Assembly: GCA_051294375.1 (NCBI GenBank)
Contig: CM119271.1
Location: forward strand, 16,889,799-16,953,798
Source of the DNA: Paraspadella gotoi
Lineage: Eukaryota > Animalia > Chaetognatha
Reading direction: 5' to 3'
DNA length: 64,000 bases
Part shown: positions 38,102-52,885 of the stretch, piece after piece
Layout of the letters: each line of letters begins with the position of its first letter
How positions within the stretch are numbered: the first letter of the stretch is position 1
Made by a program: the position numbers and the translations under genes
Notes under the pieces: generated by a model
What the model saw: only the letters and a program-made list of their open reading frames with translations
Told to the model about the DNA's origin: nothing
Databases searched by the model: none

Positions 38102-39071
38102 NNNNNNNNNNNNNNNNNNNNNNNNNNNNNNNNNNNNNNNNNNNNNNNNNNNNNNNNNNNNNNNNNNNNNNNNNNNNNNNNNNNNNNNNNNNNNNNNNNN
38201 NNNNNNNNNNNNNNNNNNNNNNNNNNNNNNNNNNNNNNNNNNNNNNNNNNNNNNNNNNNNNNNNNNNNNNNNNNNNNNNNNNNNNNNNNNNNNNNNNNNN
38301 NNNNNNNNNNNNNNNNNNNNNNNNNNNNNNNNNNNNNNNNNNNNNNNNNNNNNNNNNNNNNNNNNNNNNNNNNNNNNNNNNNNNNNNNNNNNNNNNNNNN
38401 NNNNNNNNNNNNNNNNNNNNNNNNNNNNNNNNNNNNNNNNNNNNNNNNNNNNNNNNNNNNNNNNNNNNNNNNNNNNNNNNNNNNNNNNNNNNNNNNNNNN
38501 NNNNNNNNNNNNNNNNNNNNNNNNNNNNNNNNNNNNNNNNNNNNNNNNNNNNNNNNNNNNNNNNNNNNNNNNNNNNNNNNNNNNNNNNNNNNNNNNNNNN
38601 NNNNNNNNNNNNNNNNNNNNNNNNNNNNNNNNNNNNNNNNNNNNNNNNNNNNNNNNNNNNNNNNNNNNNNNNNNNNNNNNNNNNNNNNNNNNNNNNNNNN
38701 NNNNNNNNNNNNNNNNNNNNNNNNNNNNNNNNNNNNNNNNNNNNNNNNNNNNNNNNNNNNNNNNNNNNNNNNNNNNNNNNNNNNNNNNNNNNNNNNNNNN
38801 NNNNNNNNNNNNNNNNNNNNNNNNNNNNNNNNNNNNNNNNNNNNNNNNNNNNNNNNNNNNNNNNNNNNNNNNNNNNNNNNNNNNNNNNNNNNNNNNNNNN
38901 NNNNNNNNNNNNNNNNNNNNNNNNNNNNNNNNNNNNNNNNNNNNNNNNNNNNNNNNNNNNNNNNNNNNNNNNNNNNNNNNNNNNNNNNNNNNNNNNNNNN
39001 NNNNNNNNNNNNNNNNNNNNNNNNNNNNNNNNNNNNNNNNNNNNNNNNNNNNNNNNNNNNNNNNNNNNNNN

Positions 39072-40168
39072 CTCCTCCCCGAGCGAAGAAGCGACGACTC
39101 TGCCAATGGCCGCCAATCTGCTGATGTCGCGTTTCCTTTCCTTTTTCCTTTTTTTCTTTCTTTCTCTCCTTTCTTCTCCCCCTCCCCCAGTTTCAACCTC
39201 TCTCTTCCTTCTTTCCCATGGGTCTTCAATTTTTCCCTTCCTTCGGTATCCGTGGTTTCGTCGTCATGGTTACGGGATTCCTTTCCGTGGATTGGTGAAG
39301 GATTGCAAGATTCAAATCTCAAACTTCCCGTCGAGATTTTTTTTTCTCCCCGGCCGTAGCGAGTAGCAATTTGTCGCCTTGTTTTCAGTTGCGACGCGAG
39401 TACTCGCGGAACAACTGTATAAGTCACTTTTCGGTCAGTCTGTCGTTTTCTGTCCGTCGATCGATTTGTCTGTCCGTCGCTCTGTCCCACTTACGTTAAA
39501 AATGCCAATAATTTGCCTATAGTTGGTTGCTCTTTTGTTTAGACAGAAAAAAATTCAAATCTAAAGGACTGCAAGCGCCGACTTCAGGAATTTTTAAAAC
39601 TATAAGGAATAAAATACGGAATTTTGATGCAGTTCATGTCATATATAAACACAATACATACACACAAAAATTATTCAGGCAAAGAAAGTGAAAGTAAAGT
39701 AAAGTAAAGTAAAGTAAAGTAAAGTAAAGTAAAGTCACTGTGGCGCAACACATTGGAATTACCCTTCTTGGTTTGTTTATATTTTATTTATTTTGTGCGC
39801 GCATCGTTGTTGGGTCTACGTTGGGTCTACCGTTTTGAGGCGTTACTGTCATGCTGTCATTGGGCTCATTGGGCTCATTGGGCTCATTGGGCTAAGGCTT
39901 CGACGATCAAGAGTGGAGATCATCCTCATTATTATTATTAGTAAGAAAGAAAATAAAATCGCCTGACGAATTCTTTCGAAATTCCGTTGCTAAGAAATTA
40001 TTATTTCTTTTAGTTTCGTTTACAAATGAAACAAAAGTTTCTTTCTCTCTAAAAATGAATTCCACTTTGTACAACGAGCCAATTCGATTCCATTCGCTTT
40101 TCTGATTTCAATAAATTCATTCATCTCATTTTGTTCGCCATTTTTATCTCGACCACATTCACTGAACA
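39072..40168 (+). repeat. Direct duplicate of 40893-42080 across a 25-N gap
   Basis: CTCCTCCCCGAGCGAAGA...GACCACATTCACTGAACA is colinear in both; the second copy is insertion-rich. Confidence 0.9.
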
Positions 40169-40293
40169 NNNNNNNNNNNNNNNNNNNNNNNNNAAGCAAT
40201 TCTTTTTCTGTGGAACAAAGAGTTCAATCTCTACTCAGTCTGCTCTCTCTCGTCTTCTCTCCTCTCTCCCATCTATACTCCTCTTCTCTCTCA

Positions 40294-40329
<36 letters not shown>

Positions 40330-42949
40330 TTCTGACCTCCTTATTTTCTTTTCATTACCAATCATTTCCAGACTCGTCCTCTCTCTAATACTTACATCCT
40401 TTTCAATAGAGGCCATTCTAACTTTACTCTCTCCTCTTCTCTTTCTTTCTCTCTCCTTCTCTCTCTCTCTCTACTTCTCTCTCCTCTTCTCTCTCTCTCT
40501 CTCTCCTCTCTCTCTTTCTCTTACCCTCCCGCTCGACGGATACATCGAATTATCACTCACGCGATGATGTTCCCTATCTCATCGGGAGAGATGAGAGAGA
40601 GAGAGAGAGTGGATGAGAGAGATGACGAGAGAGAGCAGAAGAGGAGTGAGTAGATGAGAGAGAGAGAAACCCTTCCCTCCTTCCTTCTTTACCTTAACAA
40701 CAACACAACAACAAAACATCCTGGATTCTTCCATCTATTCTTTCTAACCAAAGGTGCGTTATCTCTCTCCCTCCCTTCTCTTCCTCTCTCTCCCCCTCCC
40801 TCTCTCTCCCTCCTTCTTCTCTCTCTTCTCCCTCTGCTCCCTCCTCTCCTCCTCTACTCCTTCCTCCCCCGCTTCTCCCTTTCCTCTTCCCTCCTCCTCC
40901 CGAGCGAAGACCAGGAAGCGACCGACTCTGCAATGCCGCCCATCTGCTGATGTCCGTTTCCTTTCCTTTTTCCTTTTTCTTTCTTTCTCCCTTTTCTTTC
41001 CCCCCCCCCGTTTTTTCAACTCTCCTCTTCCTCTTTTCCCATGGGTCTTCAAAATTTTTCCTTTCCTTCAGATATCCGCTGGTTTCGTCTCGTCAGGTTA
41101 CGGAATTCCCTTCGTTGGCTGAAATTGGTGAAATTGCAAGATTTCAAATCTCAAACTTTCCCGTCGAGAATTTTTTTTCTCCCGGCCGTCAGCGAGTAGC
41201 AACATTATTCGCCTTGTTTTACAGTTGCGACGCGGAGACTCGCGGAACATACTGTTATAAGTCACTTTTCGTCAGTCATGTCGTTTTCTTCCGTCGACGA
41301 TTCTGTCTTGTCCGTCGCTCATGTCCCATTACGTTTAAAATTGCAAAATATTTGCCTATGGGGTTGCTCTTTTTGTTTTAGCAGAAAATATCAAATCTTA
41401 AAGACCTTGCCCAAGGCCGACTTCAGGATTTTTAAATAGGAAATATAAAAATAAATACGGAATTTGATTGCAGTTCATGTCATAACTATAACACAATACA
41501 TACCCAAAATATTTCCAGGCAAAAGAAGTGAAAGCAAGTTGTATAAGTTAACAGTAAAGTAAAAGTTAAGAAAAGTAAGTAAGTAGTGTGGGGCGCAAAC
41601 ACATTGAATTACCCCCCTTCTTGGATCTGTTTATATCTTATTTATTTTGTGCCGCGCATTTTGTGGTCCTTACGTCTCTACCGTTTGGGAGCTGTGTCGT
41701 TTGACTGTTTTGACTGCTGTTCCTATTGTGTGTCTGAGGTGTTAATTGGGCTCATTGGGCTCTTGGGCTAAGCGCTTCGACGATCAGAGTTGCGAGATTC
41801 ATTCCTCTTATTCATTATTACGTAACGAAAGAAAATTAAATCAGCCCTGACGAATTCTTTCGGAAATTCCTTACCGTTGCTAAGCAAATCTATATTTCTT
41901 TTAGTTCTCGTTTACCAAGATGAAACCAAAGTTTCTTTCTCTTCTAAAAAAACATGAATTCCACTTGGTACAACGAGCCCAAATTCCGGATTCCAATTCG
42001 CTTTTCTTTTCAATAAATTCAATTCATCTCATTTGAGTTCGCCAATATTTATATTCATCGACCACATTCCACTGGAACAAGGATTGAAATCAAACAACAT
42101 AAAAAATTTTAAGATGAACAAAAAATAAAGATATATTTTGCGTTATGTGAAGAAGTGAAACAATAAAATTGAAATGGGAGAGAGACGAGAGAAGGAGAAG
42201 AGAGAGTGAGAGAGAGAGGAGGAGAGCGAGAAGAGAGAGAGCGAGAGAAGGGCGCGGAAACCTCAGACGTCAGAACCTTCGGCACCCCCAATGGAGAGGA
42301 AGCGGAAAAAGTCCGGTTCATTTTTTTCCGTGAGGCCGACGGCGGCGAGGTTGAATGGGAGAGAGAAGCGGAAGGGCAGAAGCCAAATGTGCGGAAGCGG
42401 AGAAGCTGAGGGGAGAAGCGGTTGAGAGAAGGGGGAAGGGAAAAATCGGAGGGGAAAAGCGGAATTAGGGAAAGGGAGTAGCGGAGGAGGGAGAAGCGGT
42501 TAAGGTGGAAGGGGAGAAGCGAAATCGTGAAAGAGAGGGGAAAAGCGGATTTTAGAAAAAGGGAAGCGATATGTAGAAGGTTGCAGAAGTGACCAAAAAC
42601 TTTAACCAACCACGATGACATACTCAGATAATATACTCCAATCGCATGGCATGGTGAGCTCGAGAAAAAAGCAGATATTGCAAAGACGAAGGCAATAGTT
42701 TCAAAATCCGTTGAAAAACGCCGAACTGTTCTGGCAGCGAAAGGCCAAAGACGACTGCATCAGTGTCCTTGGCAGAAGCAGAAACACTAGCAGCGTCATT
42801 GTCCTTGGAGTCGGCTGCGGCGGGCGGCGGGCGGCGGGCGGCGGGCGGCGGGCGGCGGGCGGCGGGCGGCGGCGGCGGCGGCGGCGTTTCTTAATCTTTG
42901 CTTCCTTCGCGTCATTTCCTACTTTCGGTTGAGAGACTCCGAGCGACGC

Positions 42950-43400
42950 TCAGCTGAGACGGACCGGAATTGGTGGTCGGGTCTTGGAGGAAAAGGATCT
43001 GGAGAGCGTGGGACCGTGGGTGGATAAAGGGGATGTGGTTGATGTGTGGATTAGCCGCTAAGTGGGCAGAATCCGTATCTACTGTGCCCCCTCTAGAAGC
43101 CATTGAACGAGTCCTCGGTATGGAACCAAGGCGGTTCACGGCCGTCATGACGCTTCCCGCAAGGTAGGTATCATTGGAGATCGATCTCGGTATCATTGGG
43201 GATCGATCCCGGTACCTAATGGTCATGAGCTGCTGGTATTACTCAATGGGCCACCGGGTCGCGACTGAAGGTGTGATGCGGAGTTAACATCTTAGTTCTG
43301 TGACATTCCAGTTGCTAATCCCAGTAGTCACGCTGTGGCGCTCCTTCGTGACCTTGCCACAGTCATATTCTTAGAGGCGGAGTGAAGTTATCGTGATACC
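42950..43400 (+). pseudogene. Decayed ORF of unidentified family (diverged paralog of 26690-27090)
   Basis: Shared motifs with synonymous differences (TTC ACG GCC GTC ATG ACG CTT vs TTT ACT GCC GTC TTC ACT CTT). Confidence 0.55.
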
Positions 43401-43429
43401 TGATTACAGATGGAATTGTGAAAAGGGAG

Positions 43430-43790
43430 AAAAAGGTGGGGAATAATGGAATGTGATAGTGGAAGGTGTGTAAAATGAAGTGAGGAAAAGGAAGGTGTGG
43501 AAAATGAGATGTGGGAGAGGAAGGTGTGGAAAATAAGATGTGGGAGAGGAAAGTGTGGAAAATGAGATGTGAGAGAGTAAGGTGTGAAAAATGAGAGGTA
43601 GAAAAAGAAGGTGTGGAAAATGGGATGTGTGAAAGGAAGGTGTGAAAAATGAGATGTAGAAAAGGAAGGTGGGGAAAATGAGATTTGGAAGAGAATTTTG
43701 TGGAAAATATTATGTGGGAGAGGAAGGTGTGGAAAATGAGATGTGGAAAAGGAAAGTGTGGAAAATAAGATGTGGGAGTAGGGAAGTGGA
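43430..43790. repeat. Degenerate 27-30-bp tandem repeat
   Basis: GGAAGGTGTGGAAAATGAGATGTGGGAGA repeated roughly 10-12 times. Confidence 0.85.
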
Positions 43791-44257
43791 AAAGATGTTA
43801 TGCCCGAGAACCGAGGGGGGGGGGTAAAATTGTTTAAGAGAAAGAGATAGACAAAAGTCGAGAGGGAATTGGATCGACCGACCAACTTTATGATGAAAAA
43901 AGAAAGAATCGAATTCGGAAGAGAAAAAATTGAGAAGAAAAAATTAGAGAAAAAATATTAAGAGAGAAAATAAAAAGATTGTATGAAGTGAAAAGAAATA
44001 TAGACAGATAGAAAGAGAAAAAGATAGAAAGAGAAAAAGATTGAAAGATAAAAAGATAGAAAGAGAGAAAGATAGAAAGAGAAAAAGGTAGAAAGTGAAA
44101 AAGATAGAATGAGAAAAATATAGAAAGAAAAAAAGAAAAGAATGGTTTGATGAATAAATGTATTTTAAAATTGTCTTATTTTCAAAGTTGTCCAGTATGA
44201 AACTTGGTTTGTTTTTTCTTAGCCTAAACAGAATAATAAATTGCGTGGTATAGAGAT

Positions 44258-44359
<102 letters not shown>

Positions 44360-44774
44360 AAAAATTAAAATAAAAAGCTTCGCCGCAGAGATAAACGTTT
44401 TTCATTTTCGTAAACGAGAAACCAAAGCAAAAAGAAGCAAAATAGACGCCAAAAAAATTTTAAAGTAAATAAAATTATGTTTGAAATTATCTCAAAAAGT
44501 AAACAAAATGTGTTTTTCTTTCTTCCTTTTTTTTGTTTTTTTTTCAAAAGCGCCCCGTTTCAACTTAAATCAAGATATTTTTTAGGTTTTAGGATTAAGT
44601 TACAGACGGAATTAGGGAATGGGTGAAAGATTACGTAATAGGAATATGAATTATAAATAATATTAAGAATTAGGATCTAGATTATGGTAAATCTTTAGAT
44701 TGATTAACGTTAAATAAAGGAAAAGATTTAATAAATGTTTCGACTTGATTTCGAGTCTTCATCATCTTCAAGTC

Positions 44775-44900
44775 TAAAACACAATGTCTACCAATCAAAC
44801 AAACACAACGTCTACCAATCAAACAAACACAATATCTACCAATTAAACTAACACAATGTCTACCAATCAAACAAACACAAGGTCTACCAAACAAACAAAC
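44775..44900. repeat. 24-bp tandem repeat, ~5 copies
   Basis: Unit AAACACAATGTCTACCAATCAAAC. Confidence 0.9.
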
Positions 44901-45578
44901 AATTCCATAAAAGTGGAAATCAACAAATGATCTCCTATTTTCCGATCTCTCTCACTTTTCGCTGCTTGTCGAAAATATGGTTTTATCCCAAACGCGATTC
45001 TGGTGTATTACAATTCAAAACAAAGACTCGAAATCGGGTCGAAACAAGTCCGATTTTATTAAAAATCAAATTAATTGTTGTTTCGCGAAAAAACTTTCGT
45101 TTCTCTTGAATTCCAAACAAACAACAAAAAATTAGATTTAAATTCATGGATTAGAGTTCAGAAATAAAATGATTTGGTAATTATTTATCATTTATTTATT
45201 TATTTATTAATCATTTGTATTTATTATTTATTTTTTAATATTCATTTGTATTTCTTCCACTTTTGTCTTTTTTTTCGCTTCTTTGCTTCTTTGCTTCGTT
45301 GATCTTTTTCTTCTTTTTTTTTCTTTTTTTTTCTTTTTTTCCCCTTTTTTTTCTTTTTTATCTTTTTTATAATCTCTGCCCTTTTTCTCCCCCCTCAAAA
45401 AAATCTGTTTCTCCTCTTGTTTGTCCCTTCAGACATAAAACTGCGTTTGATTTCAAGAATTTGGAATCCAGAAAAAAAAACAGAAAAAACTGAGAAAAAA
45501 ACAGAATGAAATTCAAATCTTCTTTTTTTTGCGAGGGAAATCATTATGAGGAAATTCGGAGCAAAATAGAATCACTGA

Positions 45579-45637
<59 letters not shown>

Positions 45638-45649
45638 TTCCACACCTAC

Positions 45650-45859
45650 CTGTCTGTGAGACCCGGCGGCCTTGAGAGTAAGCAGGGCTTCGGGTTTGGC
45701 AGCGGACAGCATTCCCGGCGGGAGGGTGAGCACAGCGAGCTTTCCGTTATTGACCTCGTGAACGGTCCCATGGTGAAGGTCAGTCAAGTCCTTCCCCATC
45801 CAGGAGACGTTGGTCCAAGGGACCGGCGGATTGGAATAGATGTGGCAAGAGATGTTTTG
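45650..45859 (-). CDS. IgSF membrane protein: Ig-domain exon (not in the supplied ORF track)
   Basis: CCAACCAG|CAA start, CAG|GTAGGT end; 210 nt open, phase 0/0; QNISCHIYSNPPVPWTNVSWMGKDLTDLHHGTVHEVNNGKLAVLTLPPGMLSAAKPEALLTLKAAGSHRQ (B-strand Cys, SNPP, C-strand Trp, two N-glycosylation sequons). Confidence 0.85.
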
Positions 45860-46200
45860 CTGGTTGGGGGCAGGGAAAATTGATTCAATTTAATTATTTA
45901 ATCAGTAATTTTGTGATTTATAGACTGATTGATTGGCTAGTTGAATGGTATGTTTTGTGATTGATTTGATTGATCAATTTATTGATTCAAATAATATTTA
46001 TTTAAAAAAGACTTGATTACTTCTACTTCTACTTAAAATCAACGATTAAACGAAATTTTAAATCAATGGATAATTTTTATTTTTATATTTTTTTTTTCAA
46101 TTTTCTTTCAACGACGAAAAAAAAGTTCATCATCGAATTTCGAATTTCACTTCACTGTTTTTGTTTTGACGATGGAATTTGGCGGGAAAATGGGGGAGGG

Positions 46201-46278
<78 letters not shown>

Positions 46279-47023
46279 GTGAGGGTTCATCTTCACCATC
46301 TGTTCGATGCGTCTTTCTTCCTCTTCCATTTTTTTTACATTTTTTTTCTCTTTCTCACTTCCTTGCCTTCTGTACTAGAGTGAAGTGAAAATTTGGAATC
46401 GAAATTTAGCAGTAATATCTTGAAAACTATCATATTAGTGAATATTAATCTGTAATTAATTTTCTTTTTTTACAAATATTGTAGACCAGTCAGCTTATTT
46501 TGAATATAGTATGTAATGTCAAAATTTTAAAATGATTTTTTTTTAAATTCTGAAAACAGATTCAGATTTCTCGTTAAAAGTTATTAAAAGAAAGTATATA
46601 AATCTTTTTCAAAAATTATGTCATTAAGTAGGTTAAAATTACAAAAAACTATATTTTTAAGCTCAAAATTGAAAATCGGTATCTTATATTTATTTTTTTA
46701 CATTTTTAACCAACTTAATGAAAGAATTTTTAAAAAAGAATTATACTTTCTTTTATAAACTTTTTGAAAGGAATCTAAATCCGATCTTAAAATTTAAAAA
46801 TTTGCAATTTGAAATTTTAGCTTATCATATACTTATTACTATAGATAACTATAGCTCACTGGTGCCCACTAATGTATAAAATTAAAAAATAAATTTACCA
46901 AAGTATTTTTATTAGTTTTTAATTTTATGCTAAATTTTAATTTTCTAAAATTTTATCATTTTCACATCACTCTATTCTGTACATGAGACGAGGGAACCGA
47001 ATCTCTCGTGGTTAAAATCTATC

Positions 47024-47088
<65 letters not shown>

Positions 47089-47302
47089 TTTCCTTTTACC
47101 CGAACTCCCGAACGCTGCTTTCACGCGCAATAAACTATGTCGTCAAACCCTTAAATCAATGAGGACCGGTCTGAGGAAGAGAGAGAGAGAGAGAGAGAAT
47201 GATAGAGAGAGAGTGGGCGCTTGTCGATTCCATTCGCGGAAAAGAGGGAGAGCGAATTCTTGTTCGCGAATTTCCTGGAATCCAAAGAGGAGATAAGAAC
47301 TC

Positions 47303-47365
<63 letters not shown>

Positions 47366-47449
47366 CCCTCACTTTTGTTAGTTTCCCTTTTTTTTTCTTT
47401 TGGCTTCAATCCTTCAAGCCTTTTAACTCTGAAAAGTTCCCTCGGGGCC

Positions 47450-47815
47450 ACGTTTTCCTTTTTCCTCTCTTTTTTCTTTTCTTTTTCTTTTCTCTTCATT
47501 TTTCTTTTCTTTTTTCTCTCTTTTTTCTTTTCTTTTTTTCTTTTCTTTTTCTCTTCTTTTATTTTTTTCTTTTTATTTTCTTTTATATTTTTCTTTTCTT
47601 CTCTTTTTTTTTCTTTTCTTTTCCTCTCTTTTACTTACTTTTCTTTTTTTCTTTTCTTTTCTTTTTCTTTTCTTATTTTCTTTTCTTCTCTTTTTCTTTC
47701 TTCTCTTTTTTTCTTTTTTTTCTTTTTCTTTTCTTTTCTTTTCTTTTCTTTTCTTTTCTTTTCTTTTCTTTTCTTTTCTTTTCTTTTCTTTTCTTTTCTT
47801 TTCTTTTCTTTTCTT
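47450..47815. repeat. Polypyrimidine tract ending in (CTTTT)n
   Basis: Directly visible; one of many SSRs, others being (GA)n throughout, (GAT)n at 35925-35990 and (AAAGT)n at 39690-39735. Confidence 0.95.
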
Positions 47816-48491
47816 TCTGCTTCTGATGCTGTTTCCTAATTTTCTCTATATTCTGCATTCATTTGCTTTGTGACAGTCATTATTATAATAATCGTCGTCC
47901 TCATTTTCTTCATCATAATCATCAACATAATTATCATACTCATCATTAATAATCATTATCATCATAAACATCATCATCATCATCATCATAATCGTCTTCG
48001 CCCATCGTTTTTTGATGTTTTTGTCATCAAACCTCTTTTGCTTTTTTGCCTCCAAGGATTTGTTCCTTATTGACGACTTGCGTTTTCTTGCTCCGTTTCA
48101 TCTTTATCATCATCGTCGTCGTCGTCGTCGTCGTCAACGACGTCACTGTTGCCGTTGACTGTACTGTTGCCGTTGCCGTTGACTGTACTCCTCAGTTATC
48201 GTTAACAAACTGATCCAAACTTTAAATCTCAAGACAGAATTTTCTAAAACCTCACAAAACAATTTGAAGTAAAAGGAAAACTTATCTTCTCAAATGTCTC
48301 TTGTCTTTCTCCAAGTGTTCCTTTCCTCCCATTGCTTCCTCCACAACACTCCTCTCTCTCTTCCTCTCCTTCCTTCCTCCCTTTCTTCTTCTTTCTCCCC
48401 TCTCCTCCTCCTCCTCCTCCTCCTCTTTGTTGTTTTTTGCTCCTCGAAGTTTGTCTTTGAATGAAAAGTCGCCGCTTTATCTTCTCCACTA

Positions 48492-48585
<94 letters not shown>

Positions 48586-48695
48586 GACAGAGACAAGAAA
48601 AAGAAACTTTTGTTGTTGTTTTTTTCGACTGATTTACTTCCCATTTTTTTGTGTTTTGCTTTTGGCATTTTTTGTTGTTGTCGTGTGAGTTGTAG

Positions 48696-48728
<33 letters not shown>

Positions 48729-51700
48729 GTTTTCTTTTTCATGTTTTATTTCCCTGTTTTCTTTCTGGTTGTCACTTTTTTATCTCCTATTTTTTTTTCT
48801 CATTTTTGTTTCTTTTTCTCTTTTTATCTTTCGTCTTTCGAGTTGCCTTCTTTTTTTTTTCAATTACGACGTGAGTAATCGCGAAGTAACTTTTTAGTCA
48901 CTTTTTAGTCACTTTTTAGTCACTTTTACTTCATTGGTCGGTCTGTCGGTCTGTTGCTTTATTATTTTTATTTTTAATCTATATGAAAATCAGTTAATAT
49001 CTAATTATTTTGAATAATATTTGGTATAAAGATTATTTACCGTGAGATGCATAATTCATATATGTTACATATTTGTATAGTTTTAGGATCTTTTATTGCA
49101 GAAATAATTTATAATTTATATTAATAATATATTATTAATAATAATTTATAAAATACTTATTTATTTCAGGTTATACATACCATTTGGGAGAAACGTCCGG
49201 GATCATTAAAAGTTTATAATACATATATTAATAGTTGTATAGTCACGTAATCATTTAGTAATACATATTCGCCAAAAAGTTATAGCGACCCAAGGACTTC
49301 CTTCTGTAGAAAAATCTATCTTCTCGCCCGCGGAGACTAACGTTCCAAGCGACGTCCGTCCAAAATGTATCGACAAGAGTTCGAGAAACGCATTTTATTT
49401 GGAAAACTCACAAAACACAAAACACACAAAATACGGGACAGAAACTAGTAGAAACGAAGTTTCGAACGGACTATTAAAAGTTCATGATTCGATCCAGAAA
49501 ACGAATGAAAATTGATCGAGATTCTCGCCAAACGTTGAGACGACCAGAGCAAAAATTGACCGTAAAAATGCTTAAAATAAGGACGCGTTCATGTGACCGA
49601 GATAAAGATATAGAAACGAGGCAAACGTTCTTTCAGTTTCTTTTTCCCTTTTTTTTCATTCTTACCTTTTTTCATTTTTTGTAATTTGTAATGTTGTATT
49701 TTTTCCCAGCATCATTGTATTTATTTATTTATCTATTTATTTCTTATATTTTTAATTGTATTTTTCCTCCCCCTCCTCTTTTTCTTTCCTTCCCTTTCCT
49801 CCTTTTTCTCTTCCCTTTTTTTCTCCTCTTCCTCTCTTTTCTTCCTTCCCTTTCCTCCTTTTTTACTTCCCTCTTTGCCTCCCCTTCCTTTCTTTCCTTC
49901 CTTCCCTTTCCTCCTGCTTTTTCTCCCCTTCTCTCTTTCCTTCCTTCCCTTTCTCCTTTGATTCCCTTTTTCCCCTCCTTTCTCCCTTCCCTTTCCCCTG
50001 ACTTCCCTCTTTTCCTCCCTTCCTCTCTTTTCTTCCTTCCCTTTTCTCCTGACTTCCCTCCTTTTCCTCCCACCTCCTCTCTTTCCTTCCTTCCCTTTCC
50101 TCCTTTTTTACTTCCCTCTTCCCTCCCTCCTTCTTCCTCCTCTCNNNNNNNNNNNNNNNNNNNNNNNNNACTTCCTCCCCTCTTTTTCCTCCACTTTCCT
50201 TTCTTTCCTTCCTTCCCCTTTCCCTCCTGAACTTCCCTCTTCCTCACCATTCTCTTCCTTCTTCCCTGCTCCTATCCTTTTCCACCCTCCGTTTTCCTTC
50301 CTTCCTTTCCCCTCCTGACTTCCCTCCTTTCCTCCCCTTCCTTCTTTCCTTCCTCTCCCCTTTCTCCTTGACTTCTCTCCTCTTTCTCCTCCACTCACCG
50401 CCTTCTTCTCATCTTTTCCTTGCTCCTCTCTCTCTATACTCCTTTCTCACTCTCTCAGAACTCTTCTCTCCTCTTCTCCTCCTTTCAAATAGTCAACAAA
50501 AAGCAACAACCCTTCCTCTGCTATAGAGCAGCGTATGGGCTGATTCCCTTTACCTGCTCTTAAGGACTATTCCTATATTGTCATGAACGCCCTTCTAGCT
50601 ACCTTTTTGTCGCATGTCTCCTTCCGTTGCGGTCATCCCTTTCCCTCCCTGACTTCCCTCTGTTTCCTCCCCGTTCCGCGCCCCCCTGCTGTCTCGTATT
50701 TCTCGTCACCTGCCCCTTTCCCTCCTGACTTCACCTCTTTGTCCCTCCCTTCCTCTCTTTCTTCCTTCTCCCTTTCCTGCACACCTTTTTGTGACTTCCC
50801 CTCTTTTTTCCCGAGGCTCCTTGACAGAACATACTTGAATAGGAGAGAGATTAGAGAGCCACTGCAGACTGAGAGTATGTACGAGCGAGAGAGTATGCCA
50901 GAGAGCAAGAGATGAGCACGAGGACAGTACCGCATGTAGCATATTTTGCTCCCACGATGCCTCTCTTTCCTTAACCTTGCCCAGATGTTCATCATCGTCG
51001 GATTTCCCTCCAATAACTATTTCCTCCCCCCAATAAACACCTCTCTTTGGCTACCCGTTTGAAGTTCTGTGATAAAAATATAGGTTGCTGGAATGAAAGA
51101 AATCCATGTTAAGGAGGCTCTGTCCGCCCACCTTAGATTAAAAGATGTAGAATACCTACAAATGAAAGACAAGAACATTTAACCAGATAAGAAAGAAAGA
51201 AAGAAACGAAATAGACAAGATTAATGCAGGGCTATAAGAAAGAAAGACCAAGAAAGAAAGTAAAGACATATGAAAGTCCACACTAATAAGTTAAGAAAAA
51301 AGTGACACAAAATTGATATAAACAAAAATCTCTCCGTGTCTCGCGCGAGAAGAACAATAGAAAAGTTATTTTCTTGGCGCGCGCGCACACTCGGGTGAAA
51401 AAGGTCACGTTCAAACCTAAATGGCGGCATTTAACGAACTCACAACTGAGACATAGGTCAAAGAAAAGAAAGAAAGTACAAGTATTCCCATATCCGAGAC
51501 ACGTTCAAATGACAAGTAATATATTGCATTCCTGACACAGATAAGTTCTCCTGACTTCTCTTCTCTTTTTCCTCCCATATAAAAAGCCTTCATTATGAGC
51601 CTAATTAGCGCTTGCAACCACTGATAACGCACTACCTTTTTTACTTATATATCGCTCTTTTCGCCACCATACTCGTAACCTACCGTCATAATATCCTTAA

Positions 51701-52269
51701 TCCAGCTTATCAACTTTCTCGCGTGAGGCGCATCGCAATTCCTCCCCTTTCTGCCATGCGTAAGTCTGCGCACTTCCGCTCTTGCAAACGGATCACCGTA
51801 GCGTTCCCTCTTTTTCCTCGCCGCTTCGCTCTCTTTCCTTCATTCTCCGCGTCACTCTCTCCAATGTACGTTCTCCTCTTTCCTCTGCCTCATCCTCGTT
51901 TTACATACCATGGACGAACGCAGGAAGAAAGAAGCTAGAGTATTATAAGCCTTTCAGAACTTTGTATAAACCGTCTTTCCTCGGTTAACCCTCGTTCCGG
52001 ATGCGCGACAAACTACTCTATCTTCTCTCTCTTCTCTTCTTCTCTTCTTTCTTTCTTCGCTTTCTTCTCTTCTTTTTGTTTTTTATGATAGTCGGGCTGC
52101 GCGAATACCTCGCGATGCATACAATTGGCTATTAAGTCTCAGTCATTCGGTCGCGCTCGGTCATGCACGCGTCTCTACGCAGTGGTGCTCGTCAGGAGGA
52201 GGCAGCATGACAGGACAATGTGATTGGAGTTTAAAGGATAGAGGGGAAGTAAGAAAAGGAAGACGAAGC

Positions 52270-52885
52270 ATAATTGGAAAAGGAGGCGAGAGATGACGGG
52301 AGAGACAGAACAGAGAAGGAAACAGAGGAGACGGTGATAAATAAGGAAAGAGACAGAGGGTAAGTTATAGGTCAGCTGAGTGATGTATGACAAGATGTGA
52401 AAAGGGATTAGTGATCGTTGGCAAAATGATGAAAAGGTTAATGATGAAGAAAGAGTGAAGAGTTGACGACAATATCCACAAGAGATTCTTTGTGTTCCTT
52501 TTTCTAATTAATGTTAAATATTCGCAATGATAATAATTGATATAATGAATGAATGATAATAGGAATGATGACTTTAGGAAGATGTACTTCGACCGAATGC
52601 ATGGATAACAAGATTTAGAATCAAAAACATTTATGATTAAAATTTACTGTTCCTAATAATATTCTTTATATCAGAAAGTCACGTGTACTCAAGAAAGAAG
52701 TCAACGCGTGATCTCTCAAAGTGAATCACGAGACCTTCGCTGCCGCCTGCGGTAAGTTTTTTTTGAGAGTATTTTTTTTTTGGCGTCAACACGGAATCAG
52801 AAAAGGATGGGTTCTCCGGCGGTGTTCACTGCAGCCGGTCCTTCACACCTTGAGAATCAGACGAACTTCGTTATTGTAACTTCAT
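52270..52885 (+). repeat. Noisy duplicate of 56400-56720
   Basis: Shared GGCAAAATGATGAAAAGGTTAATGATGAAGAAAGA and ACTTCGTTATTGTAACTTC in the same order. Confidence 0.7.

Noticed and set aside
37914-39490. 400-500-aa ORFs
   Set aside because: Artefacts of reading through the 970-N gap.
47100-47170. Candidate upstream Ig-gene exon (CCTCAG|ACC...CGG|GTAAAA)
   Set aside because: Good acceptor but stops in all three frames; it would need sequencing errors to be real.
47221-50398. Phe/Ser/Leu-rich 'membrane protein' and Arg/Glu/Lys-rich ORFs
   Set aside because: Translations of polypyrimidine and polypurine simple repeats.
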